The position numbers and the translations under genes were made by a program. From Octopus bimaculoides (lineage: Eukaryota), in the NCBI RefSeq assembly GCF_001194135.2, contig NC_069001.1:39995984-40041107 (forward strand): DNA of 45,124 nucleotides. The letters are read 5' to 3'. Below the pieces are notes generated by a model. It had not been told where the DNA came from. It did not search any database and saw only the letters and a program-made list of their open reading frames with translations. This document shows, one piece after another, positions 34,801 through 45,124 of the stretch. Position 1 is the first letter of the stretch. Each line of letters begins with the position of its first letter.

Positions 34801-36064
34801 GGTTTAATTTTGTAGTTCATTTATATGAAATGATTTTTGGATTTCATTTTGCAGTGAATTTTCAACATGTCTGAAAGCTATCCCGGAGTTTAAAATATCA
34901 TCTGATGTTCTTAGATTTTACAATAAAGCAATACCTTTAAAGAAAGTAGATTCTGAAATTATTAATTCATGGAAGCAAAGCTTGAATTGTTCTGTAAGTT
35001 GACAACTCCATCAAACTTCCTTAACCCTTTAGCATTCAGATTACTGTGTTGACCGTGATGCTTATATAGTCACATTGTTTTAATTTCATCATGCATTATC
35101 TCATAGCTTTGAGATTTCAATGATGTGATTTTTTTTATTTCTTAAAAGGATTTTGTAGAGTAGGATTGAAAGGTCTGATCTGACCAATTTGGGCATAAAA
35201 CAGGTTGAATATTTGAGCCTGATATGACTGGATTAAATTCTAAAGGGTTAAACTTTCATAAAGAGGTCACAAGACTGTTATGTTAGGTGTTGTTTAATCC
35301 TAGGGTAATTCTGACTGAAGAAGCTTAAAATCAAAGATATTTCCAGTCTCTTCTTAGACTTAGTGTATTCAAGACTGCATTATCCAATGTGTCCTTCTTG
35401 TTGTTTAACCTTAGATCAGCCCTGATCAAAGAGTTGAGATCAAAGATGCTCCAGGCATGATCATCCTGTCTTTATATCTAGAACTACTTTGTCTAGTGTC
35501 CATCCCCTTTCTTTTTTTTCTTTTTTTATTTTAAAGCCAATAAGGTGAAGTTTGTAATTGATTCGGTTGGCATTTCTAGCATGTTGAGCAACCTCATTGA
35601 GGTTCCCTTATCTCTGTTGTTGTTGTCCCTACTTGTGCAATGGAAAAATTTAGGTAAATTATATACTTTTACATGTTTTCTAATCACCAGCTCTTACAGA
35701 CAGCAACATTATCAAAATTTGGAGTTTGCTATGATGAGGCAAGAAATGCTTTGATATTTCCATCTTATAATGAAAACTTTGAGATAAGCCAACTTAAGTT
35801 GCTTAGTTTTGTCACAGACAAAGATGGGCTCACAGAGGACCTAAATGAATCCTTAATTCCAAGGTAAAATATTAATTTCTTTTCATAAAAAGTTGTTTCT
35901 TTTTCTTCGTATAAAGCAAAAAAACATGTCTTTTTCAACTGGTTCTGCTTTTTGAGGCAAGAAACTCTGCTAAAGGCACACAATAAATAGATGGTGATGG
36001 CCACTGCCACCACCCAAGCAATAAATGAAGCACACCACCACCTCTCTTGTTTTCTCTCTCTCTC

Positions 36065-36096
<32 letters not shown>

Positions 36097-39000
36097 AGGC
36101 TGTGTGGTTAAGAAGTTCACTTTGCAACCATATGATTTTGAGTTCAGTCCCACAGCACTGCAACTTGAGCAAGTATATTGTTATAACCTTAGGCCTTATG
36201 AGTGGATTTAGTAGATGGAAACTGAGAGAAGCCTATGTATGTGTGTGTGCTTATTTGTGTATATCCTTGTCTTGATATCAAGTAATGGTTGTAAAATGAG
36301 TATCACTGTCATGCAGTGTTGTTTGTTTTAAGTTTTCCATGAAATTATGTTATTTCATTGTAAGAAATATTATATCATACCATTTAATGATCCTCTGAAA
36401 AACTACCTTCATCGTCATCATTTAAAATCTGTTTTCCATGCTAGCATGAGTTGGTGGTTTGACAGGAGCACAGGAGCTGTCTAGGCAGAAGACTGCACTA
36501 GGCTTCACCGTCTGTAATGGTATGATTTTTGGAGCTGGATGCCCTTCCTAACATTAACCACTTTACAGTGTGGACTGGGTGTTTTTTAAGTGGCTGCAGC
36601 ACTGGTGAGGTCTGTTTTGGCATACTTTTTACGGCTGGATACTCTTTCAAACACCAATCACTTTACAGTGTAGACGGGATGTTTTTTTTTATGTGGCACC
36701 AGCACTAACAGGCTCACCAAGTAGCTTGCACATCAAAGATCTTTGTGTGTGTGTGTGTGAGGGGGGACATGGCCTTATGCCAGATGATGAGAAGTTAGAG
36801 TGTGACAGAAGGAAAGAAACAAGTATCTTGCTGGAGAGAAGATACATGGTTACCCAGTCAGAGAGAGAGAGAGAGAGACAGAGAGTGAGTGAGTAATCAA
36901 GAATGAGAGAGAGTGCGGGAGAGAGATGGTGATGAAGTGCCAGGACGTGCCCTCAAGCTACAGAGATCAGAATATAAATGGGATGGTAGAGTAGGGCAAG
37001 AGATAGATAGTGGCAAAGTGCCAGAGCATACTCTCTAGGTACAAGAATCAGAATATAAATGGGATAGTTAAGTATTACCAAAGGCACAATGAATTGTGGG
37101 TGGGGAATACAGTGACTGGTAAAACCTGGGTATATAGAAAAGGTGTGGGGGGGGGGGCATTAGGATAGCAATGAGACAGTGATCAGGGTAGTGAGAACAA
37201 GATTCGTGAGTGAGAGATAAACACAAGTGCATGAAATGTGAGGAAGAGGAAATGTAAATTGGTTTGTTGGAAAATTTTTATGTGGAACACACAACTCCGT
37301 TTTGCTGAAGTGAGCAGGTCTTCTCAAGAACCTCATATCACCAGACATCTTGGTCCATTGTCATCTCCTCCATGAGATCCCAATGTCCTGAGATCAGTAC
37401 TTACTACTTCATCCCATGTCTTCCTCTTCTGCAGGTTCCACCTATTTTTAGCGATTGGCACTTCTTCACACAGCTGTCTTCACATGTCCAAACCAACATA
37501 GTCTTCTCTCTTGCATGCTGCATCTGGTTCCTCTTATGCCCAACTTTTCTCTCTGCAAACTTACATTTCGTTGTACATGCACACTGATGTTACGCATCCA
37601 ACAGAGCATACTAGCTTCATTCCTCTCTAGTCTAGTTTGAGTTAGCAACCTTCTATGGGATACCATTAGCTGTCATCTTTTTGCTGAACTTGCTGCCCGC
37701 TCTATGTGATATTATGCAACAACTCTACCACACGGTTAAACGCACGTGATTAAGCTAATCCAGTGGTTCCCAAATCTGTGTTGCAGAACTTGTATTTTGA
37801 ATAAAACCTCAGTGATCTAGATATAAAATAAAACAAAAATTGTTTTTGAGAAAGAATTTCTTCATAAAAATTAGATTTAGTATTTTGAAAATGGTGAATA
37901 TAATTTTGTATGAAGTGAAATTTTTGTATTAAATGCTGTTAAGATACATTGGAGTTGCAGAATCCTTTCAGAGAACTCATGTTGAACCAGTCTATTTTTT
38001 AAAATGCCATTCAAATTTTACTTATTTTTTTGTTACATTTTCTTATTTATTTCACTATCTTTTTGCATTTCGCTTTAAATTTTTTTGTAGCCAACTTTTA
38101 AAATCTATTGTTTAATCCAAACTCAGTTCTGTGTAATCAGATCTGTGATAAAAGGTGTTCCTACTGTGATCATCCTGTCTTTTTTTGACATTGGATATGA
38201 GAACTATATTATCTGATATGTTTTTTCTTTTCATTTGGCAAGAGGAGTTGGCTGCTATTTCTAACTTATCAGTGTTCTAGTCATCAGTAAAATACAATAA
38301 CAGTCAGATGTAATTGGTTCTACCTTGCTTCTCAAACGAGTGTCTTATTATCTATGTTACAATAACTTTTATTTTGAAGGTGCTGGATGGCAGAATCAGT
38401 AGCACCAGATGGAATGGTTTTTAGTTAAAGTTCATGTGAATTCCAATTTGCAGAAACCCACTGGTGTTGACTTCACCTTTCATCCATCTTGGGTTGGCAA
38501 AATAAATTTGTGTAGATACCAGGATGAATTTGGTATATACATAGTATATAAACTTTACTTCCCATTCAAGTTACTTTGTGCCAACATTACAAATTCATCT
38601 GTGCTATAATGGAGAAAGCTGCTTACTAATTAGTTATGTAACAATTACTAAAAGTACTAAAAGAAAGCAATTATTAGTGGTTGACCGTCTGGAAATATTT
38701 TTATAAATTCATGTTCTAAGAAATTTCCTATAATTTTGATTTCTCAAGTTTATTGAATTTTTTAAACTCCAATTTCTTGCATATTTAAATATTCACTGAG
38801 TCCAGTTCATCACAAATTTAAATATTCATTGCATTCACTGCAGCATATTCCATTTTCATTTGCAAAGTCTCTCACTTCCTCTTTTAAGTTTTAATTCGCT
38901 ATTAATGTATACATAATGTAAAAACATTATTTATTGAATGAATTTTTTTTTAAATACCTGTATAATTTTTGAACATGAGATAGCTGTGAGAAGAGCCTTG

Positions 39001-41108
39001 AAGGTTGGGTAATTACTATTAGATGTAATTACTATGAGGGATGATGAATTAAAGGGTAGCCTTCATGCACAAAAAGGTTCCCCATCCCTGGTCTAGTTTA
39101 ATAGGCCTATTAGGAACATGTACCTGTAAGCCAGAGAACATGTGTCTTTTGAAGTCAGGTTAACAGGAGCTGTGTGATTCACCTATTGAGCTCGACCTCT
39201 AATAAAAAAGCACAGGTGACTCTCCTTCCGAGCAGAGTAATTTATTTCAATATTAGGGGTGTTTTTCTTCATGTTTACCTGCTCCATGTAAAACTTCCAA
39301 TACCAGTAAGTACTAAGGGTGATGTAATTAATCCTATCCAAAATTTGAGGCCTATTGCCTATGTAATATGAATAAGTCTTTATTGTATCATTATTATTTT
39401 TATTAATGTTGTTAGCATCATCATTGTCATCATTCTATCATTCTAAATGTACTTCTTACATTTATTTTACCTTCTTGTGTGAAGAACCACAATCTCTGGT
39501 TTGTTTGGTTTGAGTACGTCAAAAGAAAGACATAATACAGAGGTCATATTAACTTCTTCTGAAATGGAGGCAATGGCTGTTTATCAAATAACTCAGATAC
39601 CTTCACTGGCTCTCCCCAAAAGAGGAATGGTCCTTCCTGTTGAGGTTTGCTATTTGTTTTCACTTTCATACTAATTACTTTCAACCACTATAGAAATAAC
39701 AATTAACTACAAGTGCCAACTAAATGGTTCAACCGACTACAAATAATAGCCAAATCTCTTTCATATCCCATCATAGCATTTTGAAAATGTAGGCACACAT
39801 AGCATAATGTTGACCTAAGCACAATGTCTGAATAAAAGTCACCTGAGGCTAAACAGTAGACTGACCAGCATTTTTCTTTGTAGCTTTAAATCCCTTTTTA
39901 TTCTATTATTCTATCCCTATTACATTTAGTTTCATTAATCATCTCTCTTTTATTTGTTAATCCTGCTGCACTACTTTCAGCAAATGGGTTTTTCTTTTTT
40001 TTTTTGACTTCAACAAAAGTTTGTGAGTGAGATTTTGTACATGGAAACTGTATAAGTCCGTGTCTGATGAATGAATATCAAGATAATAAAGCACAAAATC
40101 GTGACATCCATTTCTTGCAAACATTCTTCCTCAGACAAGAGAAGAAGAATGAGGTATATTTACCAGTATGGGAAGTAAGCAATAAGTGCATGTAAAAATA
40201 TATCTTGACTCCAGAATTACCGAAATAAGTGATACCTTCAACAACAAACATTGTTTTTTGTTTTTTTGTTTTTTTTTCCTGCCAGGGACTTATGTTTTAA
40301 ACATTAGAAATTCCATCTTCAGAAAAGTTTTCAAAATAAGAAAAAATTGATTTTTTTAATAATTTACAGAGAGTTTCAAGTTTTATATGTATCATTTCAT
40401 TATCATATAATAAAGTATATTCTGGATTTAATTAATCATCTTCTTCATCTTTTAACATCCATCTTTCATGTTGGCATGAAGTTGGACTGTTTTGAAACAT
40501 TCACTTACTCATTTTGACAATTCAAGAAAGCCAAATTAGAATTTTACATTCCCCATTAATAACATCTAGGTTTTTTAGGTTTGCTAGTTGCATAGAAACC
40601 TCATTATTGGTGGTGGCTTGAGAAAGGCACCCAATAAGTACTTTAAATTGGTTGGCATCAGAAAGTAGAGATTGCACAATACAGTCCTTGGGCCTATGAG
40701 ATCCTGTCAAACTGTCCAGCCCATGCCAGCAAGAAACATGGATGTTAATGGATAATGATGATGATTACATATATATGAAATAGTTGGTCATCACAGTTTT
40801 TGTTCATGATTATTCAGTTGGACTAAACTACCAGTCTTAATGAATTAGTATGCAAGTAACTGAATATGTCACAAACACATGGATCCTTAATGTAATTATT
40901 GGATGGAATCAGCATGACACTATCAGACAAGATTGGACTTATCAATTACTGGTACAATCTATTTGACAGACTTCTGTGCAGTTTCCAACTACCCAATTTA
41001 TTTCACAAGATATGGGTCAACTTGAGATAAAAGAAAATGCTACTCACCCAGGATGTCATGCAATGAGATCAAAACCAGATCCTCATTAGCATTCAACGAT
41101 ACTGCGCT

Positions 41109-41152
<44 letters not shown>

Positions 41153-44100
41153 GTGATGGACTAGGATTCTCATTGATAAGTTATTAGTACATCAGTGCAG
41201 CTATGCAGTTTACATGAAATGCAGCATTCAACTCCTGCAGGCAATATTACATTTTCCATGACTGTCTCAGGAAAAAATAAAATAGTGTTTTTATTTCATG
41301 AGATATATTCGTGAAATTTGGGTCAATTTTTCATCCTGATGTTCTGTCAGTGTCACTCAGTGAACCTGCCTTTAGCCTTGTTGACAGCCTCCAGGCAACC
41401 TTGGAACTGGCCACAGGCCTTCGTCATTATCTCCCATTTTAGGTCCCTGAAGGTCCTGGTAATCCTTGCCCTGAGCTCGTCCTTCGTGTTGCAGCTGGAT
41501 TTGTTGGGCTCTCATTCTACCACACCATAAAGAAGTCAAGGGAGTTTACAGTTAGGCAAATTGGGAGGCCAAATGTCTGGTGCTGTGTGATCAAAGAAAT
41601 TCTCCAACAGCCAACTCTTGAGTCTTCCAGCTAATGTGAAAGGACGCAGAGTTTTGCTGCCACATGTACAGCCTCTATGCAGCTATCCAGTCAACACAGG
41701 GCTTCACCACCTCACCCAGAACATAGTTATAGTTGTTGGTGTTTAGCCTGTGGCTCTCAGAGAAGAAGTGGGGTAGCGTGGCTTCACATTCACTGCTGAT
41801 AACACTGAAGACCATGATTGTCACTGGAAATTTCATCTGCATAACTCTGAACATGTCCTTGAGTGAGGCAGCAAGTCACCTGTTGTTCTGGGACTTGATT
41901 TTCTGGTCTTGACAGAAATTCTTTTTGTCGTAGAAGAACCACAGCATGTGTGGCTCCATTGGGTGTATAGCTTGTTGATCAGTTTCTTGGTATGTTCTGT
42001 AGAGAATTCATAATTAAGTATCTTTTACTGGTTTCAGTCATTTGATTACAGCCATACTGGAGCACTACTATCATGGCTTTTAGTCTAGTATTTTGAGTTC
42101 AGTATGGTATCTGGTACATGTTGTATCAACCTGGTAAGGGAATAGATGCAAATCACACCTAGGTGTAAACAGATGTAATAAAGCAAACTTGAATATCACA
42201 ACTTTTAAAAATTCACTCAATAATTTCAGGTTCCAGATGATGATTCAGTTTTGGAGGGTCAAAACTCTTTTGAACAAGCTGCCATTATGGCCATTTGAAT
42301 CCTCTGGTCAATTGACATCACAAATTTCACTTGTTAAGCTCAATGTTTGCAGTGGTAATTCTTTTCTGTCCCATTGTCTAACGCCTGGCAGAAACATAAA
42401 TTTTAATATGTAGATGCATCAAATGATCGTAATTTTCAATAAAATAATAAAATGGCTAGAACACTCATCATGGCGATTGACTGCTTGCTTAAAGGAGCTT
42501 TGACTGTACAAAAGTGAATCATTAGACAAAGCATGTACAAATGGATTTTCTGCAACCTAAACATTGAGATGAGGTTTCAAGTGTGTCGCAGCATGTACTA
42601 TATTCACATGAATTCTAACCATAACATTTCCACTAAAACATTTTGTGGATGGATTATTTGTTTACAATCTGTTTGTTGTCCATTTAAAAAATGAAAGATG
42701 ATATGGGTTTCTAAACTGTTTCCATTTGCCAAATTTTATGCACAAAGCTTAAGTCATCAACCCAAGGCCAATGATCAAAGATACTTGCCTTTTTTTTTTT
42801 TTTTTTTTTTTTCCTTAATTTATAATTTTCGTTGTGGAATAGTCATGATAGCCATTTGAAACACATATTGTTATATTCACTTTATTTTCTGATAAGCCCA
42901 TGAATAGCCATGTGGTTAAATTTCTTAAGCACATCTTGTTCTAGGTTCTGTCCTACTACAAGGAACATTGGTCAAGTATCTTTTGTTAGAGCTAAATAAG
43001 AAAGTGGATGGATATAACAGGAACATTTTTGATAAGACTGTGCTGTAACATAGAGAAACAATGTTAATCAAATCATACTATAGACACAGTGAAAATGCTT
43101 GCAACACAGTGCACTTCTAAAAGCACTTTATGAGTGGAAGTTGGAAGGCAGAAACTTTATTTGTGTGTGTGTGTGTGTGTGTGTGTTTGTTTACATCTAT
43201 TGAAACCAGTGTTGTACCTTTTCATTCCATAACATAGCAGTTCAAAGCATTAGACTGAAATAAATTCTTGGATCAGAATGATGAACTAAATATTTGAATG
43301 CAATTCACCAGCATGTCTGCAGTCTAATTATTAAAACTAGTGGAAGAACCAATGAACATCAAGTGTCAAATTTTGTACATCTACAACTTAGACACCTACA
43401 ATATTTCACTGCATATGTGTGTTCTAAATAATTATCATAACTCTTCCACATTGTAATTGTTTCAATGTCAACACAGAATCTTTATGAGTAGAAAATGGTA
43501 GATGGAAATTATATGAAAGCTCATAGGAAGGACTGTCTCTTTTCATGGTTAGGAGACTTGAATTGTTGCCTTTTAACTCGTGAAATCTTTGGTCATTAGT
43601 CTTGGAAACTCTCAATAGGATCATGGATATTGCCCATTTCCCTCTGACTTTTCATATATGATTTATGTAACAAGATTGAAATTTCAAAATTAAAAAAATT
43701 TTATACTTGTGAAAATTGAGTTAATTTTCATGTTTTATTAGATTCTGCCGTTGCTAGAGAGATTTAAGAAAGTTATCTTATGGCTTGGAACAGATTTGTG
43801 TTCTTGGCAAAATGCAAAGCAGTTTGCTAAAAAGTTGAATGAGCATCGCTGTTTTATTATCAGGTAAGGATAAAAGCTATATATTATATTTGAATTTAAT
43901 TAGATTATTAAGTTTATAAAACATTCAACTTCATCCAGCCAGTGAGGGAACTTCTATGCAGGCACTACAAATAGCAGCCAAATCCCCCTCATCACACTCT
44001 ACTGAAAGCTGAAATGTTTTAGAACACAGGTCTGCTTTATTTGAGTTGACCTGGGGTTAAACAACAATAGCAACCATTTCATGATCTATTTCTGGAAAAT

Positions 44101-44648
44101 TTTACCAAAATAACTTATTTGTATGATTTGTGCAAGCATGGGTGTAGGTATGATTCTTTTTCCAGTTTTGTTCTTTCTGCATAACATTTTGGGCAAGTCT
44201 CTACTATGACCGTTGCTCAACCCAAGTTTTGTGAGAAAAATTAGGTAGACAAAGCTGTAAGGTAATTTATCAAATGGACTGTTCTTGGGTGATATGTTTA
44301 ATCCATTATCCAGTTTCACACCGACCCTGACCCTTAGGAGAGTCCACTTTGCAAGTATTTAGAGACTGACTCCTATTTGACCTGACCCTACACAACTATA
44401 GCATAATAATTGTAATCATTAATAAACCGATGTACTTGGATAATTGAAATAAACTTGATAAACAACTCTCTTTATTCAGACCTTCAGAAGCCCCATCAGC
44501 TGTTAAGGTTCTCCAAGATAAAATGAATATGAGTAAAATATTAAACTCCGCTATTCCAGCAAGCCCAGATTCTATTGTTTCTTTCTCTCAACTCCGGAAC
44601 AATGTCTATTTTGAACTTGCTCAGAATGAGGAAATCACAGGAATTAAG
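28520..44648 (+). CDS. TWNK: Twinkle mitochondrial DNA helicase, 5' part (7 coding exons, 379 codons; helicase domain lies beyond the window)
   Basis: Exons 28520-28805, 33867-33954, 34855-34993, 35691-35863, 39485-39644, 43742-43863, 44480-44648 splice in frame (1137 nt, GT-AG); colinear with Twinkle motifs as recalled (LFGL..EVILTSSEMEAMA, LPLLERFKKVILWLG.D..SW..AK.FAKKL..RC, SIVSF.QLR..V..EL); start codon uncertain. Confidence 0.93.
28908..28953 (-). ncRNA. Second copy of the minimal hammerhead motif (helix II base pair G-U instead of G-C)
   Basis: Reverse complement gacacctgacgaaggctggagggtatatcagctgaaacgttgtgtt. Confidence 0.6.
29306..29351 (+). ncRNA. Minimal type I hammerhead ribozyme motif
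   Basis: GACAC-CUGACGA-A-GGCUG(GAGGGUAUAU)CAGCC-GAAACGUU-GUGUU: 5-bp helix I, 5-bp helix II, core intact, palindromic ACGU in place of helix III. Confidence 0.7.
29689..30605 (+). mobile_element. RTE-clade LINE, 5'-truncated, nested in the hAT element
   Basis: RRLRWYGHVARMDEDSCVKKC...GRGRPRKTWDEVVKHDL* followed by a 3' UTR ending in a (TGA)n tail. Confidence 0.9.
31527..32240. other. Assembly gap (largest of several: 3254-3570, 8389-8508, 15222-15231, 28198-28207, 29124-29188)
   Basis: Runs of N. Confidence 0.98.
33867..33954 (+). CDS. TWNK: Twinkle coding exon 2
   Basis: GQFTCQHCRKSGLWEQLQENLNNIFNKKK; phase 1-2. Confidence 0.88.
33975..34620 (-). mobile_element. RTE-clade LINE reverse transcriptase fragment in Twinkle intron 2
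   Basis: QFGFFPGRSTTDTIF...VDLEKAFD...GVNQGSVLSPFLF...LYADDLAL. Confidence 0.93.
34855..34993 (+). CDS. TWNK: Twinkle coding exon 3
   Basis: EFSTCLKAIPEFKISSDVLRFYNKAIPLKKVDSEIINSWKQSLNCS; phase 2-0; donor gtaagt. Confidence 0.88.
35025..35247. mobile_element. piggyBac-type MITE
   Basis: TTAA|CCCTTTAGCATT ... AATTCTAAAGGG|TTAA. Confidence 0.8.
35691..35863 (+). CDS. TWNK: Twinkle coding exon 4
   Basis: LLQTATLSKFGVCYDEARNALIFPSY...LKLL...ESLIP; phase 0-2. Confidence 0.9.
36410..37680 (-). mobile_element. RTE-clade LINE 3' end (ORF end, UTR, tail), degraded
   Basis: RLERNEASMLCWM...EKLGIRG..CSMQERRLCWFGHV; tail catcgtcatcattt and ttccatgctagcatg shared with the 30550-30605 tail. Confidence 0.75.
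39485..39644 (+). CDS. TWNK: Twinkle coding exon 5
   Basis: TTISGLFGLSTSKERHNTEVILTSSEMEAMAVYQITQIPSLALPKRGMVLPVE; phase 2-0. Confidence 0.92.
41330..41960 (-). mobile_element. Tc1/mariner (maT/DD37D-like) transposase relic in Twinkle intron 5
   Basis: LWFFYDKKNFCQDQKIKSQNNR*...KFPVTIMVFSVISSE, YMWQQNSASFH, DIWPPNLPNC; stops and frameshifts. Confidence 0.8.
43742..43863 (+). CDS. TWNK: Twinkle coding exon 6
   Basis: ILPLLERFKKVILWLGTDLCSWQNAKQFAKKLNEHRCFII; TOPRIM-like segment. Confidence 0.93.
44480..44648 (+). CDS. TWNK: Twinkle coding exon 7 (linker region)
   Basis: PSEAPSAVKVLQDKMNMSKILNSAIPASPDSIVSFSQLRNNVYFELAQNEEITGIK. Confidence 0.92.
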
Positions 44649-44729
44649 GTTTGTATTAAATGTATTTAATATTCTGTGTATATTGACTTGTCTAACTTGC
44701 TTGTCCTTACGTTTACTCATATATATATA

Positions 44730-45124
44730 GGCTTGTAAGGACTGGAAGAACGGTGGTAGCAGGGAATTGTACCAATGTGCCAGAAGGGAGGCTAGGCGAC
44801 AGGTTTATTTAGCCAGAGGGGAAGCAGATAAGAAAAGATTTGCCAATGTTCTGCGCCGTGAGGACCAAAAACTCGAGGTATTTTGTGTTGCAAGACAGTG
44901 TAGGAGAGAAAATAGTGATGTCGTAGGAGAGAAATGTGTTCGCATGGATGATGGTACACTTGCACTAAATGAGGATGCAAAGAAAGAGGTCTGGAGATGC
45001 CACTATGATAGATTGCTTAATAAAGAGAATGAATGGGAGAAAGAGAGCCTGCCGTATGTCGACCCAACAGAGGGACCAGCTATCCGAGTTGATAGTACCA
45101 GGGTAGATAAAGCAATTAAGAGTA
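44730..45124 (+). mobile_element. RTE-clade LINE ORF fragment running off the window end
   Basis: Stop-free RREARRQVYLARGEADKKRF...DVVGEKCVRMDDGTLALNEDAKKEVWRCHYDRLLNKENEW...EGPAIRV (endonuclease-to-RT region). Confidence 0.85.

Noticed and set aside
1-45124. CRISPR array, rRNA or prokaryotic operon
   Set aside because: No regularly spaced repeat-spacer array or rRNA-like sequence; all genes are spliced and eukaryotic

Overview
AT-rich, intron- and repeat-rich animal genomic DNA with several N gaps. The SINE families look like octopus repeats, so a cephalopod origin is inferred from recall, not proven. No prokaryotic features or CRISPR arrays. Four gene units: (1) the last two coding exons of an unidentified Cys-rich protein on + (564-2254); (2) an unidentified multi-exon gene on - (about 15609 to 4907) with a tandemly duplicated 123-nt exon and an in-frame TGA inside an otherwise open, frame-preserving exon; (3) a complete 4-exon TTC36 on - (24588 to 19782, 194 aa); (4) head-to-head with it, the first 7 coding exons of the mitochondrial helicase Twinkle on + (28520-44648, continuing past the window). 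Introns and spacers hold relics of Penelope-like, RTE and R4/Dong retroelements, tRNA-derived SINEs, and Merlin, hAT/Buster, Tc1/mariner and piggyBac-type DNA transposons or MITEs. The most unusual structure is a roughly 530-bp head-to-head pair of tRNA-headed SINE-like elements in Twinkle intron 1, each ending in a minimal hammerhead-ribozyme motif. A second, different hammerhead candidate lies at 3063-3150. All gene models and folds were worked out by eye and need computational and RNA-seq confirmation.
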